From Nitrospirota bacterium (lineage in GTDB: Bacteria; UBA2233), in assembly GCA_011620345.1 (NCBI GenBank), contig WOZJ01000050.1, positions 1-64,000 on the forward strand: a DNA stretch of 64,000 bases. Direction: 5' to 3'. Both the position numbers and the translations under genes were made by a program. Below, piece by piece: positions 35,814-45,405 of this stretch. Numbering within the stretch: the stretch's first letter is position 1; each line of letters opens with the position of its first letter. The notes below the pieces were generated by a model, which made no database searches, was not told where the DNA came from, and saw only the letters and a list, made by a program, of their open reading frames with translations.

Positions 35814-36746
35814 GAGGGACCGGTCAGGGTCGAGGTGCAAAAGGATGGATCCGTGGTTTTCGAAGCCAAAGAGAATGGTGCTATCAATCCGGGCGTGGAG
35901 ATCCAAATTGACGGCAAGGCTTATGGGCGGACCGGTGAGGACGGCAAGCTCCATGCGAAAGGCTTGCTCTTCGGTCCCCATGCTTGGAGTGTCGAATCTG
36001 GTGACGAGGAACCCTTGAGCGGGGCATTCGAGGTCCCTAAGATTTCCAAGGCCTCGATCGTGAGGCATTGGTTCGAGGACAAGGAAACCAAGAAGGAACT
36101 CGATGCCTTTTCGATCCGTCAAGGCGTTTCTTTGTGGATTGCCATCAAGAATACGGGCACGGTGCCCATAAAGGAATGGGAGGTCTGGAACACGTGCCCA
36201 GGGCTAACGACTTGTGCCGACTTAAAGATAACTCGCCCCTCGTTGCCTGGATGGCTCACAAAGCCGGTTATTTCTATCATTTTTAAGGACCTTCGTCTTG
36301 GAAGAAGGTTCAAGATCGAAAACGGAAAGCTCAAGGTTGCCAACGTGTTCGCAAACCGAACGAGCAAACCTGGGAAAGTGCTTCTTCGAGGAAATCTGCC
36401 TCATGAAGGCCTCAAGCCAGGGGATACGCTTGATTTTGCTGAAGATTGGTCATACGCGAAATGGATGAGAGAATACCTGGAAAATCTGGGGATTGACAAG
36501 AAAATCAAGGGAGGGCTTGTCGAGCATAAAAATTACGAAATTACCGACCCAAAAAAGGGTATCATCGAGGGCAGCATCGAGGAGTACAAAATTGCTGGGG
36601 TCACGAAGCACGACGTGGGCTTCAGGGCAACGCTAAGAGGGCTTGAAGAGTGCTGTACCTTGCGGCTGTTTATCGAGGGGAAAGAAAGCGATCAGCGCTC
36701 GATCCAGGCCTGCTACCGGGTAGGGAAGAGCCTCGTCAGGGACTAA
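35814..36746 (+). CDS. Hypothetical protein, 5' end probably lost in the gap
   Basis: The frame is open from the gap edge (EGPVRVEVQKDG...) for over 300 codons. Beta-rich, with V.IDG...G.T...G.L and IKNTG..PI segments. Confidence 0.65.
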   Translation, partial: EGPVRVEVQKDGSVVFEAKENGAINPGVEIQIDGKAYGRTGEDGKLHAKGLLFGPHAWSVESGDEEPLSGAFEVPKISKASIVRHWFEDKETKKELDAFSIRQGVSLWIAIKNTGTVPIKEWEVWNTCPGLTTCADLKITRPSLPGWLTKPVISIIFKDLRLGRRFKIENGKLKVANVFANRTSKPGKVLLRGNLPHEGLKPGDTLDFAEDWSYAKWMREYLENLGIDKKIKGGLVEHKNYEITDPKKGIIEGSIEEYKIAGVTKHDVGFRATLRGLEECCTLRLFIEGKESDQRSIQACYRVGKSLVRD

Positions 36747-36780
36747 AGCCTGGGCCAAATGAGACCTTTGAGGCGTTCGC

Positions 36781-37110
36781 ATGAACAAGGAAGGCCGCCT
36801 TGCGCTTGCCAGCCTTGGCTTCGGTGCGGTGCTCGCAATCCTTGCGTTGTATGGGCTTTGCAGCTTCAAGGCGGCGGGGTTGGAGGCAACAAAGGCCAAG
36901 ATCTTGCTGAGCGAAACGCTTGGAAGCCCTTTTATGGCGCTTGCGGTAGACTGCACCGCGCCGGGGAAGCTCGTTGAGGGTCTTGCCGAATGCCTCGGAG
37001 ACATCCCCGGGGGGTATTGCTACCACACGAGCTGTGACGTGGTCCAGGCTCCTTGCCTTGCCATCGACCAGCCCTTTAAGGTTGCCATTCTGCCGGTGTC
37101 TCGCCTGTGA
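36781..37110 (+). CDS. Small membrane-anchored Cys-rich protein
   Basis: N-terminal TM helix, then DC....CLGDIPGGYCYHTSCD. GTGA overlap with the permease gene. Confidence 0.65.
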   Translation: MNKEGRLALASLGFGAVLAILALYGLCSFKAAGLEATKAKILLSETLGSPFMALAVDCTAPGKLVEGLAECLGDIPGGYCYHTSCDVVQAPCLAIDQPFKVAILPVSRL

Positions 37111-38294
37111 GCCTTGCAAAGCATGCCGGCCTTTTTGGCCTTGCCGCTTCCAACCTGGTGCGCTACTCTCACAAAACAATCGCGCTGTTTCTTCCCCTTT
37201 GCCTAGCAATGACCCTAGCTTCGGCCATGACGTTCGTTAAGGACGGGCTCAAAAAGGATGCGCTCCTTTCCACGACGAACCTCCCCGACATCACGCTCCA
37301 GCGGCTTTTAGGCGGGAGGCTCGAGAGGCTCAAGGAAGAAAGCCTGTCCAAGGTCAGCACATTGCCTGGCATTGCAAGGCTGATCCCCAGAGTCTGGGGT
37401 TATTTTCCCTTGGAGATTGGCGGTAAGCCGTTTGTGTACACGCTCGTCGGCGTCCATCCTGGGCTTCAAGATCCTAAGATGATGGGCCTTTGTGTCGCCT
37501 ATGGCAGGTTTTTGAAGCCGGGAGATGACAACGAGGCCGTGATCGGGTCCGCGCTCGCCCGCTCGCTCGGGGTGCACGTTGGCGAGAGCATCGTCCTTAA
37601 GGATGCGCTCGGCAATGCCTACGCCTTTAGGGTGGTCGGGCTGTTCGCCACGAGCGTCCAGATATATGCGAGCGACATGCTCGTCACGACCATAGGCGCC
37701 GCCCGGGATTTCCTTGGCTACGGCAACGGCGAGGCGAGCGATGCGCTTGTCTACCTCGAGAATGGAGTCTCGCATGACCTCGCGGCCAAAGCGATCGCTT
37801 CGCTTGATCCTGGGTTCCGGGTTCTTACCCGGGATACGCTTACGGATGCCACCAAGCAGGCCTACTCCTCGAGGGCCGGAGTCTTTTCGCTCGTTTGGCT
37901 CGTTTTGTTGCTGACGGCCGCGCTTGTAGCCTGGGCACAGCTCTCGAGCATCTCGCTCGAGCAACGAAAGGAGGTCGGCATTCTCCGCTCGGTAGGCTGG
38001 GGCATCGGCGACATCATCGAACTCAAGCTCTTCGAAAGCCTGATTGTCGGGGTCATGGCGACGCTCTCGGGCCTCTTTTTGGGAGCGGGATACCTTCTTT
38101 TGGGCGCTCCGCTCATCAAGGGCTACTTCATCGGCTGGTCTTCGGTGTTCCCGGAGTTTCCGCTGCCTGCCTACGCCGCGCCCGAAAGCGTGGCGCTTTT
38201 GTTCTTTACGGGGGTGTTTCCATTGGTCTTTGCGAGCGTTGTGCCCTCCTGGGTCGCATCATCGGTGGAGGTAGATCAGTGCCTGAGAGGCTGA
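37107..38294 (+). CDS. FtsX/MacB/LolE-like ABC permease
   Basis: TM, periplasmic domain, then 3 TM helices; E.RKEVGILRSVGW. Confidence 0.88.
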   Translation: MSLAKHAGLFGLAASNLVRYSHKTIALFLPLCLAMTLASAMTFVKDGLKKDALLSTTNLPDITLQRLLGGRLERLKEESLSKVSTLPGIARLIPRVWGYFPLEIGGKPFVYTLVGVHPGLQDPKMMGLCVAYGRFLKPGDDNEAVIGSALARSLGVHVGESIVLKDALGNAYAFRVVGLFATSVQIYASDMLVTTIGAARDFLGYGNGEASDALVYLENGVSHDLAAKAIASLDPGFRVLTRDTLTDATKQAYSSRAGVFSLVWLVLLLTAALVAWAQLSSISLEQRKEVGILRSVGWGIGDIIELKLFESLIVGVMATLSGLFLGAGYLLLGAPLIKGYFIGWSSVFPEFPLPAYAAPESVALLFFTGVFPLVFASVVPSWVASSVEVDQCLRG

Positions 38295-38301
38295 GAAGTT
38301 T

Positions 38302-39000
38302 ATGAACGCAAAGCCCGCCCTTATCCTCGAAGGGGCATCCAAGACCTACAGCATAGCCAAAAAAGAGGTCAACGCCCTCATGAATGTTACGCTCGAAGTC
38401 CCCCCGGGGAGATGCTGCATGCTGGTCGGGCCATCCGGGAGCGGGAAGACAACTCTTCTGAACCTTGCCGCCCTCCTCACAAGACCAAGCGCAGGAAGGG
38501 TTGTTTTGTTCGGGAAGGATACAAACTCGCTCGGGGAGTACGGCCTGGATCGGCTGCGCAGGCAATTCATCGGGGTCGTCTTCCAGGCGTTCAACCTCTT
38601 GGGCGGGTTAAACGTGCTAGATAACGTCACGCTGCCGCTCGTCCCGCGCGGTATGGGGCCAAAAAAGCGCAAAGAAGCAGGAATGGCCACGCTCGAGAGG
38701 CTTGGGCTTGGGGGGTTTGCCGCACTAAGGGCCGAACAGCTCTCTGGAGGAGAGCAACAAAGGGTTGCGATCGCAAGGGCGCTTGTGGGTGATCCAAGCC
38801 TGATGATCGCCGATGAGCCGACCTCGAACCTGGACGAGGAGAACGTGTTGGCGATCCTCGAGATCCTGGCCAAGCTCAAGGAAGAAGGCAAAACGCTCCT
38901 TCTTAGCTCGCACGATGCGAGGGTCTTGGAGGGCGGGCTTGCCGATACCGTGGTACGGCTCAAAAACGGCGCTTTGCAAAGCTTAGCGGCGAAAGGATGA
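38302..39000 (+). CDS. LolD-like ABC transporter ATP-binding protein
   Basis: GPSGSGKT, FQ.FNL, LSGGEQQRVAIARAL, ADEPT.NLD, SHD. Confidence 0.95.
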   Translation: MNAKPALILEGASKTYSIAKKEVNALMNVTLEVPPGRCCMLVGPSGSGKTTLLNLAALLTRPSAGRVVLFGKDTNSLGEYGLDRLRRQFIGVVFQAFNLLGGLNVLDNVTLPLVPRGMGPKKRKEAGMATLERLGLGGFAALRAEQLSGGEQQRVAIARALVGDPSLMIADEPTSNLDEENVLAILEILAKLKEEGKTLLLSSHDARVLEGGLADTVVRLKNGALQSLAAKG

Positions 39001-39004
39001 AGTC

Positions 39005-39982
39005 TTGATCTTAAACGAGTTCACCCTAGGCTATGGGCTGATGTCTGGGCTGTCGCTTGCCGGCGGGCTAGGGTCTGGGCTTTTAGGCCTTTCCCTTTCC
39101 CTAAAGAATCATCGCGACGCTAGGAGCTCGAGACTGGTATACCTCGTCACGACGCTCGTGTTTCTTGGGTTGTGGATGCGGCTGGCCATGGTGCCCCTGT
39201 GGTTCTGGACGCTTTCCAGCCTCGTGCCATCCATCCCGGGCGCGATGTGTCTTTACGGCGTCCACCGGGCGAACGAGCCTATCTCATGGGTCGCCACGGG
39301 TCTCAAGCCCCTTTTCCCGCTCCTGTATGGGTTTTGGATTGCCCTGCACGCCATCGATATTCGCCAGGACAACCAGCCCCTTTTAAGGCTGAAGCTCGCA
39401 ATGCTCGTTCCATTGGGGGCCCTTTTGGTTGTCGAGTCTTTGGCGGACCTTGGGTTCCTCTGGCCGCTCGAGCCGATCCGTGTTACCTGCTGTACTTCGG
39501 CCTACACCGAGGTGCTCGAAGGAGGGTTTGGGTTCGTTTATGCATCCAACCACATCTGGGGGGCCTTGGCGTACGCCTTGCTGTCGGCTGGGATCGTGGC
39601 GGCAACTCTCAGGGCACTGGCAAGAAGGGCCTTCCCCCTTTCCTGGGGCTTTGTGCTTGCGATTCTTTTTGGTTCGGTCTTTTGTCTTTTTGCGCTTGTG
39701 TTTACGCTGCAGACCGAGCTTTCATTACGCATGGTGACGCCTAAGCATGCCTGCCTCTTTTGCCTTTTGAGGAAGTTCCCGGACGTGGCAATTGCCTCTC
39801 TCCTTGCGTTCTTGGGGGTCTTTTTTAACGTGCTGTCCGCCTTCGTGGGCGGGCTTGCTGGAAGAGGCAACGTGGATAAGGCCCTCGCAGGGGGTAGGGC
39901 TAGAGCCTACGCTCGAATTGGCGTGGGTCTGCTGATTCTTGGGACGCTAGGAATTCTTGCCCGATTCCTATTTTCTTCATAA
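39005..39982 (+). CDS. Polytopic membrane protein with PGAMC, TCC and HxCxxC motifs
   Basis: About 8 TM helices; IPGAMCLYG, VTCCTS, KHACLFC. Confidence 0.8.
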   Translation: MILNEFTLGYGLMSGLSLAGGLGSGLLGLSLSLKNHRDARSSRLVYLVTTLVFLGLWMRLAMVPLWFWTLSSLVPSIPGAMCLYGVHRANEPISWVATGLKPLFPLLYGFWIALHAIDIRQDNQPLLRLKLAMLVPLGALLVVESLADLGFLWPLEPIRVTCCTSAYTEVLEGGFGFVYASNHIWGALAYALLSAGIVAATLRALARRAFPLSWGFVLAILFGSVFCLFALVFTLQTELSLRMVTPKHACLFCLLRKFPDVAIASLLAFLGVFFNVLSAFVGGLAGRGNVDKALAGGRARAYARIGVGLLILGTLGILARFLFSS

Positions 39983-40009
39983 GCCGCTTCAGGCCTTGGG
40001 GGGGAAGCA

Positions 40010-40915
40010 TTGAAAATTGGCAAAAAAAATACCCTCTACGCCCTCCTTGCTTTATCCATGCTTACCGCGCCCCTCGTCTTTTTTTGGGCTGGCCGAAAGG
40101 GTTCCATAGAGAGCCTTCGTATCGAAGAGACTGGGGCCTTCGAAGTACCCCTGGGAGGAGGTGCTCCAAGGTACATTAAGGATGTTTCTCTAAGCTTACG
40201 CCCAAAATCTCCGGGCGCGCGTATCAGCATGCTGCTTACAGATACCGTAGCCTTGAAGGATAGGCTCCTAAGCGAGACAGGCTGGAGGATACCGGCCGTA
40301 CTGGCCGACGGCAGTCCTTTTTTCATTCCCGTCTCCGTACAAAGGCAGGCCGAGAGCAAAACGCTCAAGTTTTGGCTGAAAGACCTGCCTTTGCCGGTAG
40401 CCGCTGGAGAGGATAAAGCACCCACCCTTGTTTTTAGCTACGAAACGGCCCCTTCCATGGAAGGGCTAAAAAACTTCGTTAGGGCACGCTATGGGTATGC
40501 ACCAAGAACCCTCCCGCTTGGCCGGCCGGCGGTTGTAAGCCTTACGCTCGAGGTAGAAAAAGTCCATGGTCTCGAGGATGCCGGCATTGCCTTCTTTTTC
40601 CGGCGCGACCTTGCGGATGCGGACATCGAGGTATGCTCCGCCCCGGATACGCTCCTTGACCTTTCAACGAATGGGGCCTACCTCTTTATGGGGAAGGTTG
40701 ACGATGCTTCTTTGGTGACCCTAAAACTCCGCATTACGGCCCGCAGCCAAAAGCTTGTGCGTCTTGAGCGCGCCGTAATCGTCGGCGGCTACCTCAAAGA
40801 TTCCCCCTACCCAGGCGTGAAGGTTGAGGGGGCCAAACCCACCGAGCAGGTTACAAGCAGTACCGTCTCCTACCTAGGGGATATGGTCTTTCACGTTGAA
40901 AGCGCAACCCGTTAG
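40010..40915 (+). CDS. Hypothetical membrane-anchored exported protein
   Basis: 301-aa ORF with an N-terminal TM helix, co-directional with the ABC module. Confidence 0.6.
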   Translation: MKIGKKNTLYALLALSMLTAPLVFFWAGRKGSIESLRIEETGAFEVPLGGGAPRYIKDVSLSLRPKSPGARISMLLTDTVALKDRLLSETGWRIPAVLADGSPFFIPVSVQRQAESKTLKFWLKDLPLPVAAGEDKAPTLVFSYETAPSMEGLKNFVRARYGYAPRTLPLGRPAVVSLTLEVEKVHGLEDAGIAFFFRRDLADADIEVCSAPDTLLDLSTNGAYLFMGKVDDASLVTLKLRITARSQKLVRLERAVIVGGYLKDSPYPGVKVEGAKPTEQVTSSTVSYLGDMVFHVESATR

Positions 40916-40966
40916 ATTTTAAGATAGGGCCATGGCTGGACTTTGGTGTGCTTGAATGCTCCTGTC

Positions 40967-41281
40967 CTAGTCGTGACTCTTTTTTAATTCTTGAATTTCC
41001 TCCTCGACCTCGGTAGCCCCTTCTGCATAGAATTTCTCTTCATCTGGGGCAAGCTCTCTTAAGAGTCGAAGAAACTCCCCGGCATGAATTCGCTCCTCAT
41101 CGGCTACATCCTTAAGAACTTCAACGGCTAATTCGTTGTCAGTTGACTCGGCTAGCTGCATGTAGAGCTGAATGGCCTCGTATTCTGCCGAAATCATGAA
41201 GCGTACTGCCCGAACCAGTTCTTCATGGGTCAGCTTACGATCGTTGGCAAGTCCTGAAAATGGATTTCCGAAATCTGGCAT
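40967..41281 (-). CDS. Small ferritin-like protein (encapsulated ferritin/rubrerythrin half-domain family)
   Basis: ELVRAVR...AEYEAIQLY.Q, DVADEERIHAGEF. Confidence 0.88.
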   Translation of the reverse strand: MPDFGNPFSGLANDRKLTHEELVRAVRFMISAEYEAIQLYMQLAESTDNELAVEVLKDVADEERIHAGEFLRLLRELAPDEEKFYAEGATEVEEEIQELKKSHD

Positions 41282-41433
41282 AGCAATTCCCCCTTAATAT
41301 TAAAAAGCTATCCTTAATTTAAGCCATTCTCCTGATCGAACAAAACGCGACGATGTCCTGCGCCCCGGCTACCAATGGAAAGGGGCCAAAGGGCATCTTA
41401 TATGGGGCAAGGTAAGGTTTCCCCCCTAAGGGA

Positions 41434-42474
41434 TTACGAAACCACGAGGGCCTTCTTAAGGGCCGGGTTCGCTGAAAGCGCCCCATCTAGGCCTTTGGTG
41501 GCAATCTCAAAGACGTACGGAAAGGTGCGTACGGTAAGCGCAGGGGTGGAGGTCATTGGGGTAAGGGCGGGCATGTTGGGGACGGCGTAGTGGAGAACGC
41601 CCAGCCGTTCGACAACGGGCTCGTCGTGCGTCGTCGGCGCCTCCAGCGACTCGACCGAGCCTCCTTGATCAATGGCCACGTCCACAACGACGCCGCCCTT
41701 GGACATTCTACGGACCATATCGGTCGTTATGACCTTGGGTGCCCTTTCACCATGCAAGAGGACGGCCCCGATCAATAGAGCGGTGCCGTCCATGGCTCGA
41801 CCAAGGTGGTCGGGGTTGGACACCAGCAGCTCCAGCCGCCCGCCAAACCGTTCCTCTAGCGCTTCGAGCCTGCTTGGGTTGGTATCGAGTACGATCACCC
41901 TAGCGCCTAGACCGACCGCCGATGCTGCGGCGCTGGTACCGACTATTCCAGCGCCCACGATGACGACCTTGCTTTTGGGCGTCCCTGGAACGCCGGACAA
42001 CAAAAGCCCCATTCCGCCGAAGGTCTTGAGCAGGTAGTGCGCTCCGATTTGTGCGGCTAGCCTTCCTGCGATCGCGCTCATCGGGGCGAGCAGGGGCAAC
42101 GATCCGTCCGCAAGCTCCACGCCTTCGTAGGCGAGCGCTCGAACCCCGGCATTGGCAAGAGCCATTTTCAAAGGCTCGTTGGCCGCCAGGTGGAGGAAAG
42201 AGAACAATATCAGCCCCCGACGAAAATTCTCGTACTCCTCGGGCAACGGCTCTTTGACCTTTAAGATCAACTCTGCCTCGGCCCATACTTGTGCGGCATC
42301 TGCAAGGGCGGCCCCGGAGAGCGCGTAGGCCTCATCCGCAAAGCCGCTTTCTGCCCCCGCGCCCCTTTCGACAAGCACAACGTGCCCTGCTTTGCAAAGA
42401 TAGGCCACCCCTTCGGGGGTCATGGCGACGCGTGTTTCACAGTTTTTGATTTCCTTGGGAATTCCTACGATCAA
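41434..42474 (-). CDS. ald: Alanine dehydrogenase
   Basis: GIPKEIK..E.RVA.TP, KVKEP, LLAPMS.IAGR, DVAIDQGG, YAVPNMP. Confidence 0.95.
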   Translation of the reverse strand: MIVGIPKEIKNCETRVAMTPEGVAYLCKAGHVVLVERGAGAESGFADEAYALSGAALADAAQVWAEAELILKVKEPLPEEYENFRRGLILFSFLHLAANEPLKMALANAGVRALAYEGVELADGSLPLLAPMSAIAGRLAAQIGAHYLLKTFGGMGLLLSGVPGTPKSKVVIVGAGIVGTSAAASAVGLGARVIVLDTNPSRLEALEERFGGRLELLVSNPDHLGRAMDGTALLIGAVLLHGERAPKVITTDMVRRMSKGGVVVDVAIDQGGSVESLEAPTTHDEPVVERLGVLHYAVPNMPALTPMTSTPALTVRTFPYVFEIATKGLDGALSANPALKKALVVS

Positions 42475-42483
42475 GCGTGTCTC

Positions 42484-43320
42484 CTAGCGTTTCGAGCCTT
42501 GCTCCTTGAAGGCGCGTCTTGGGGTTGGAAGGTATTCTACAGAATGGTACCTGCGGATGGGTTGAGGAAAAAGACTCATGAGTCGATAGATTTTAACGGG
42601 CATGTTTGTGGATACGTGCAATCCCAGACTTTTGGCTTCTTTGACCGTAATGGGGTAGTCATGCGTCCATTTTCCTTTGGATAGAAGATCTGCCAACTCT
42701 TCTATTTTATCTTTTTCATAACGGCCATCAAGGAGTTCTTCGAGACTTTCTCGAACTTGAGCGATCGCCTTAGCCCCTACGTCTGCCAGGATGAGAGTTT
42801 CGTCGTCTAGATCCTGAACCGGTTTTCGCTCGACGGCCTTAAGGATGGATGCCGCGGGAAATTGGCCGATCTGGGGGTCTACAGGACCCAAAACAGCCTC
42901 CTCGCACATGACGATTTCATCGGCCGCCAGAGCGATGAGGGTGCCCCCTGACATGGCGTAATGGGGGATGAATACGGTGACCTTGCCAAGGTGCTGCTTG
43001 AGTGCCCGGGCAATTTGCAAAGAGGCGAGAACAAGTCCCCCTGGGGTGTGCAAGACGATGTCCAAGGGGACGCTCGAATCTGTTAAGTGAATCGCTCGAA
43101 TGACCTCTTCGGAATCGTTGATGTCGATGAACCTCAAGACGGGGAACCCGAGCAGGTTCATGCTCTCTTGCCTATGAACCAAGAGGATGACCCGGGATTT
43201 GCGGCGGGCCTCGATCTTGGCGATCAGGCGACGTCTAGCCCCATCCAGCATCCTTTGTCGCAACATGGGTTCGATAGCCGCAAAAATGAAAAAAACCCAG
43301 AAAAGATCGGAAAAGGTCAT
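42484..43320 (-). CDS. SDH family Clp-fold serine proteinase (DUF114)
   Basis: IHRQE-like LVHRQE, LHTPGG, YAMSGGT.IALAA, LGPVDPQ, WTHDYP. Confidence 0.9.
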   Translation of the reverse strand: MTFSDLFWVFFIFAAIEPMLRQRMLDGARRRLIAKIEARRKSRVILLVHRQESMNLLGFPVLRFIDINDSEEVIRAIHLTDSSVPLDIVLHTPGGLVLASLQIARALKQHLGKVTVFIPHYAMSGGTLIALAADEIVMCEEAVLGPVDPQIGQFPAASILKAVERKPVQDLDDETLILADVGAKAIAQVRESLEELLDGRYEKDKIEELADLLSKGKWTHDYPITVKEAKSLGLHVSTNMPVKIYRLMSLFPQPIRRYHSVEYLPTPRRAFKEQGSKR

Positions 43321-43323
43321 CGT

Positions 43324-43635
43324 TCAATCCTTATGCCATGGAAGTCTGGCTTCGGAGTTTGACCAGAACGCGGCCAAGAAAACGGCGACCAAAAACCCCC
43401 CTATCCAGAAGGCCGCGACCTCGGAACGTTCCCACGCTGGCCCTTTGGAGATGCGAAGTATTGCTTCGCCCACGATAAAATTGGCAAACCCCCACAGGAC
43501 GTTTAAAACGGCGGAGCTGTCACGCTTGAACGGAGTCATATGCCGGTGTCCACAGATTCCCTGGATAAAATGAGGAACGCCGTTTACAAGAAGAACTCCA
43601 GCCAAAAAACAACCTAAAACGCCATGAAGGGCCAT
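43324..43635 (-). CDS. Small membrane protein
   Basis: NGVPHF..G..G....TPF...SS...NV.WG..N, about 3 TM helices. Confidence 0.75.
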   Translation of the reverse strand: MALHGVLGCFLAGVLLVNGVPHFIQGICGHRHMTPFKRDSSAVLNVLWGFANFIVGEAILRISKGPAWERSEVAAFWIGGFLVAVFLAAFWSNSEARLPWHKD

Positions 43636-43753
43636 GGTCTTCTCCCCTTGGGTTTGTATACGGTTGTACCCTTCATTGTAAGGGCTGGCCGGCCGCCTGT
43701 AAAGGTAGGCTTTCGAGAAGGCGGCTTTAGGCGTTAGTTCTTTAGCACGTCAT

Positions 43754-43802
43754 TTGACAGACAAAGCGAGAGCAGCCATAATGAATCAAAATTCAAATTC
43801 AA
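43754..43802 (+). promoter_or_regulatory. Sigma70 promoter with downstream ATTCAA-like tandem repeats (possible operator)
   Basis: TTGACA-N17-CATAAT (43754-43782) followed by AATCAAA-ATTCAA-ATTCAA. Confidence 0.65.
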
Positions 43803-43808
43803 AAGGAA

Positions 43809-44993
43809 ATGGTGGGGATGAAGAGCAACCCATGTATTGCGGCAGCGAGCGAGATGAGGCCAGGGAGGTATCCCGCCGAGGATGGTTTTTCTCTCTATCA
43901 GAAGGTCTTGAAGGAATTTCTCCGAGAATGGCCCATTAAGCCCTCCGATGTAGGAGGGCTGTTTGCCGCTCCGGCGGGCATGGCCTCCGGAAACGGGGCG
44001 GAGGTGTTCATCCATGAACGCCTCGTAGACGACCTCGGCATCCATCCAGCCGTTGCCGAAACGATCAACGTGGGCGGGGCAACCTACTCGGTCATGATCC
44101 AGCGTGCAGCGCTCGCCATCGAAAAAGGGCTTGCGGATGGAATCTTGTGCATAGGCGCCGGGAAGTTTCCGAAAGTCAGCGCGGGCGGGGCCGAGGAGAT
44201 GGCCAAGATGGTCAGCCACCCCGAGTTCGAGTTCCCATACGGGGCGGCCATCTATGCCCTCTACGCCTTGGTGGCGACGGCCCACATGGAAGCGTTCGGG
44301 ACCACTCCAGAGCAATTGGCCCGCGTAGCCGTTTCGGAGCGCAAGTGGGCACTCCATCACCCCAAGGCGCTCATGCGCGACAAGGGCGGCTTGTCGATCG
44401 AGGACGTGCTGGCCTCACGTATGATCGCAACCCCTTTTCACCTGCTCGATTGCTCCGTGCCCTGTGAAGGCGGCGGGGCAGTGCTTGTTTGTTCAGAGGC
44501 AATGGCAAAGAAAATCAACCCGAACCCCGCCTACATCCTGGGGTTTGGAGAAAAGCACGATTATGGGTTCATTTCCCAATCCAGAAGCTTTACGAGCCTT
44601 TTGGGTGCAAGGGATACTGGCAAGGCAGCATTCGAAATGGCCGGGCTTACACCGAAGGATATCGATTTTGTCGAGCTCTACGATGCCTTTTCAATCAACC
44701 CCATCGTGCTGCTGGAAGACTTGGGGTTTGTTCCAAAGGGCAAAGGGGGGCCTTTTATCATGGAGGGCCACACGGACCCGGGCGGTGATTTGCCGTCGAA
44801 CACCTACGGAGGGCTTTTGTCGTTCGGGCATACGGGCGATGCTTCGGGCATCTCGATGATCATCGAGGGGGCCCTCCAGATCATGGGGAAGGCGCCCGGC
44901 ATACAGCTTGAAAAGGCAGAGGCGGGTCTTGTTCACACTTACGGAGGAATGATGGCCGAGCACGCAACGCTCATTCTAGGGAGACATGCATGA
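43809..44993 (+). CDS. Thiolase-superfamily protein without catalytic Cys (Ltp2-like aldolase candidate)
   Basis: GGAT at the nucleophile position, ELYDAF, NTYGGLLSFGH, no C-terminal catalytic Cys. Confidence 0.85.
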   Translation: MVGMKSNPCIAAASEMRPGRYPAEDGFSLYQKVLKEFLREWPIKPSDVGGLFAAPAGMASGNGAEVFIHERLVDDLGIHPAVAETINVGGATYSVMIQRAALAIEKGLADGILCIGAGKFPKVSAGGAEEMAKMVSHPEFEFPYGAAIYALYALVATAHMEAFGTTPEQLARVAVSERKWALHHPKALMRDKGGLSIEDVLASRMIATPFHLLDCSVPCEGGGAVLVCSEAMAKKINPNPAYILGFGEKHDYGFISQSRSFTSLLGARDTGKAAFEMAGLTPKDIDFVELYDAFSINPIVLLEDLGFVPKGKGGPFIMEGHTDPGGDLPSNTYGGLLSFGHTGDASGISMIIEGALQIMGKAPGIQLEKAEAGLVHTYGGMMAEHATLILGRHA

Positions 44994-45394
44994 ACCAAAA
45001 ACCACTACCTGAGGTTAAAGCTTTTAGCTCTCCCTACTGGTCGGCGGCCAGGGAGGAAAGGCTCGTCATTCAACACTGCAAGGCCTGCGGGGCTTATAAC
45101 TTCTACCCGAGGCCCTTCTGCCCCAAATGCTTCGGGCTTGAGTTCGATTGGCTAGAGGCCTCCGGCGAGGGCGAGGTGCTCACCTACAGCGTCGTTTACC
45201 AGGCGCCTTACCCTTCCTACGCACCGGATGCGCCCTACATCTTGGCCGTTATCAAGCTCAAAGAAGGCCCCCAGATGATGGCGAACGTCTTAAATTGCCC
45301 AAAAGAGGCGATCAAGGTCGGGCTAAAAGTGCATGTTTGCTTTGAAGAACGCCAGGGGGCCTTCAAAGTGCCCCAGTTCACACCCATTGGATAA
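44990..45394 (+). CDS. DUF35 Zn-ribbon/OB-fold protein
   Basis: QHCKACG...YPR..CP.C, G.V.TYS, L.EGP.M.AN. Confidence 0.92.
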   Translation: MNQKPLPEVKAFSSPYWSAAREERLVIQHCKACGAYNFYPRPFCPKCFGLEFDWLEASGEGEVLTYSVVYQAPYPSYAPDAPYILAVIKLKEGPQMMANVLNCPKEAIKVGLKVHVCFEERQGAFKVPQFTPIG

Positions 45395-45405
45395 GGGGAA
45401 AGTCC

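Noticed and set aside
35354-36122. ORFs spanning the N run
   Set aside because: Artefacts of translating through a scaffold gap.
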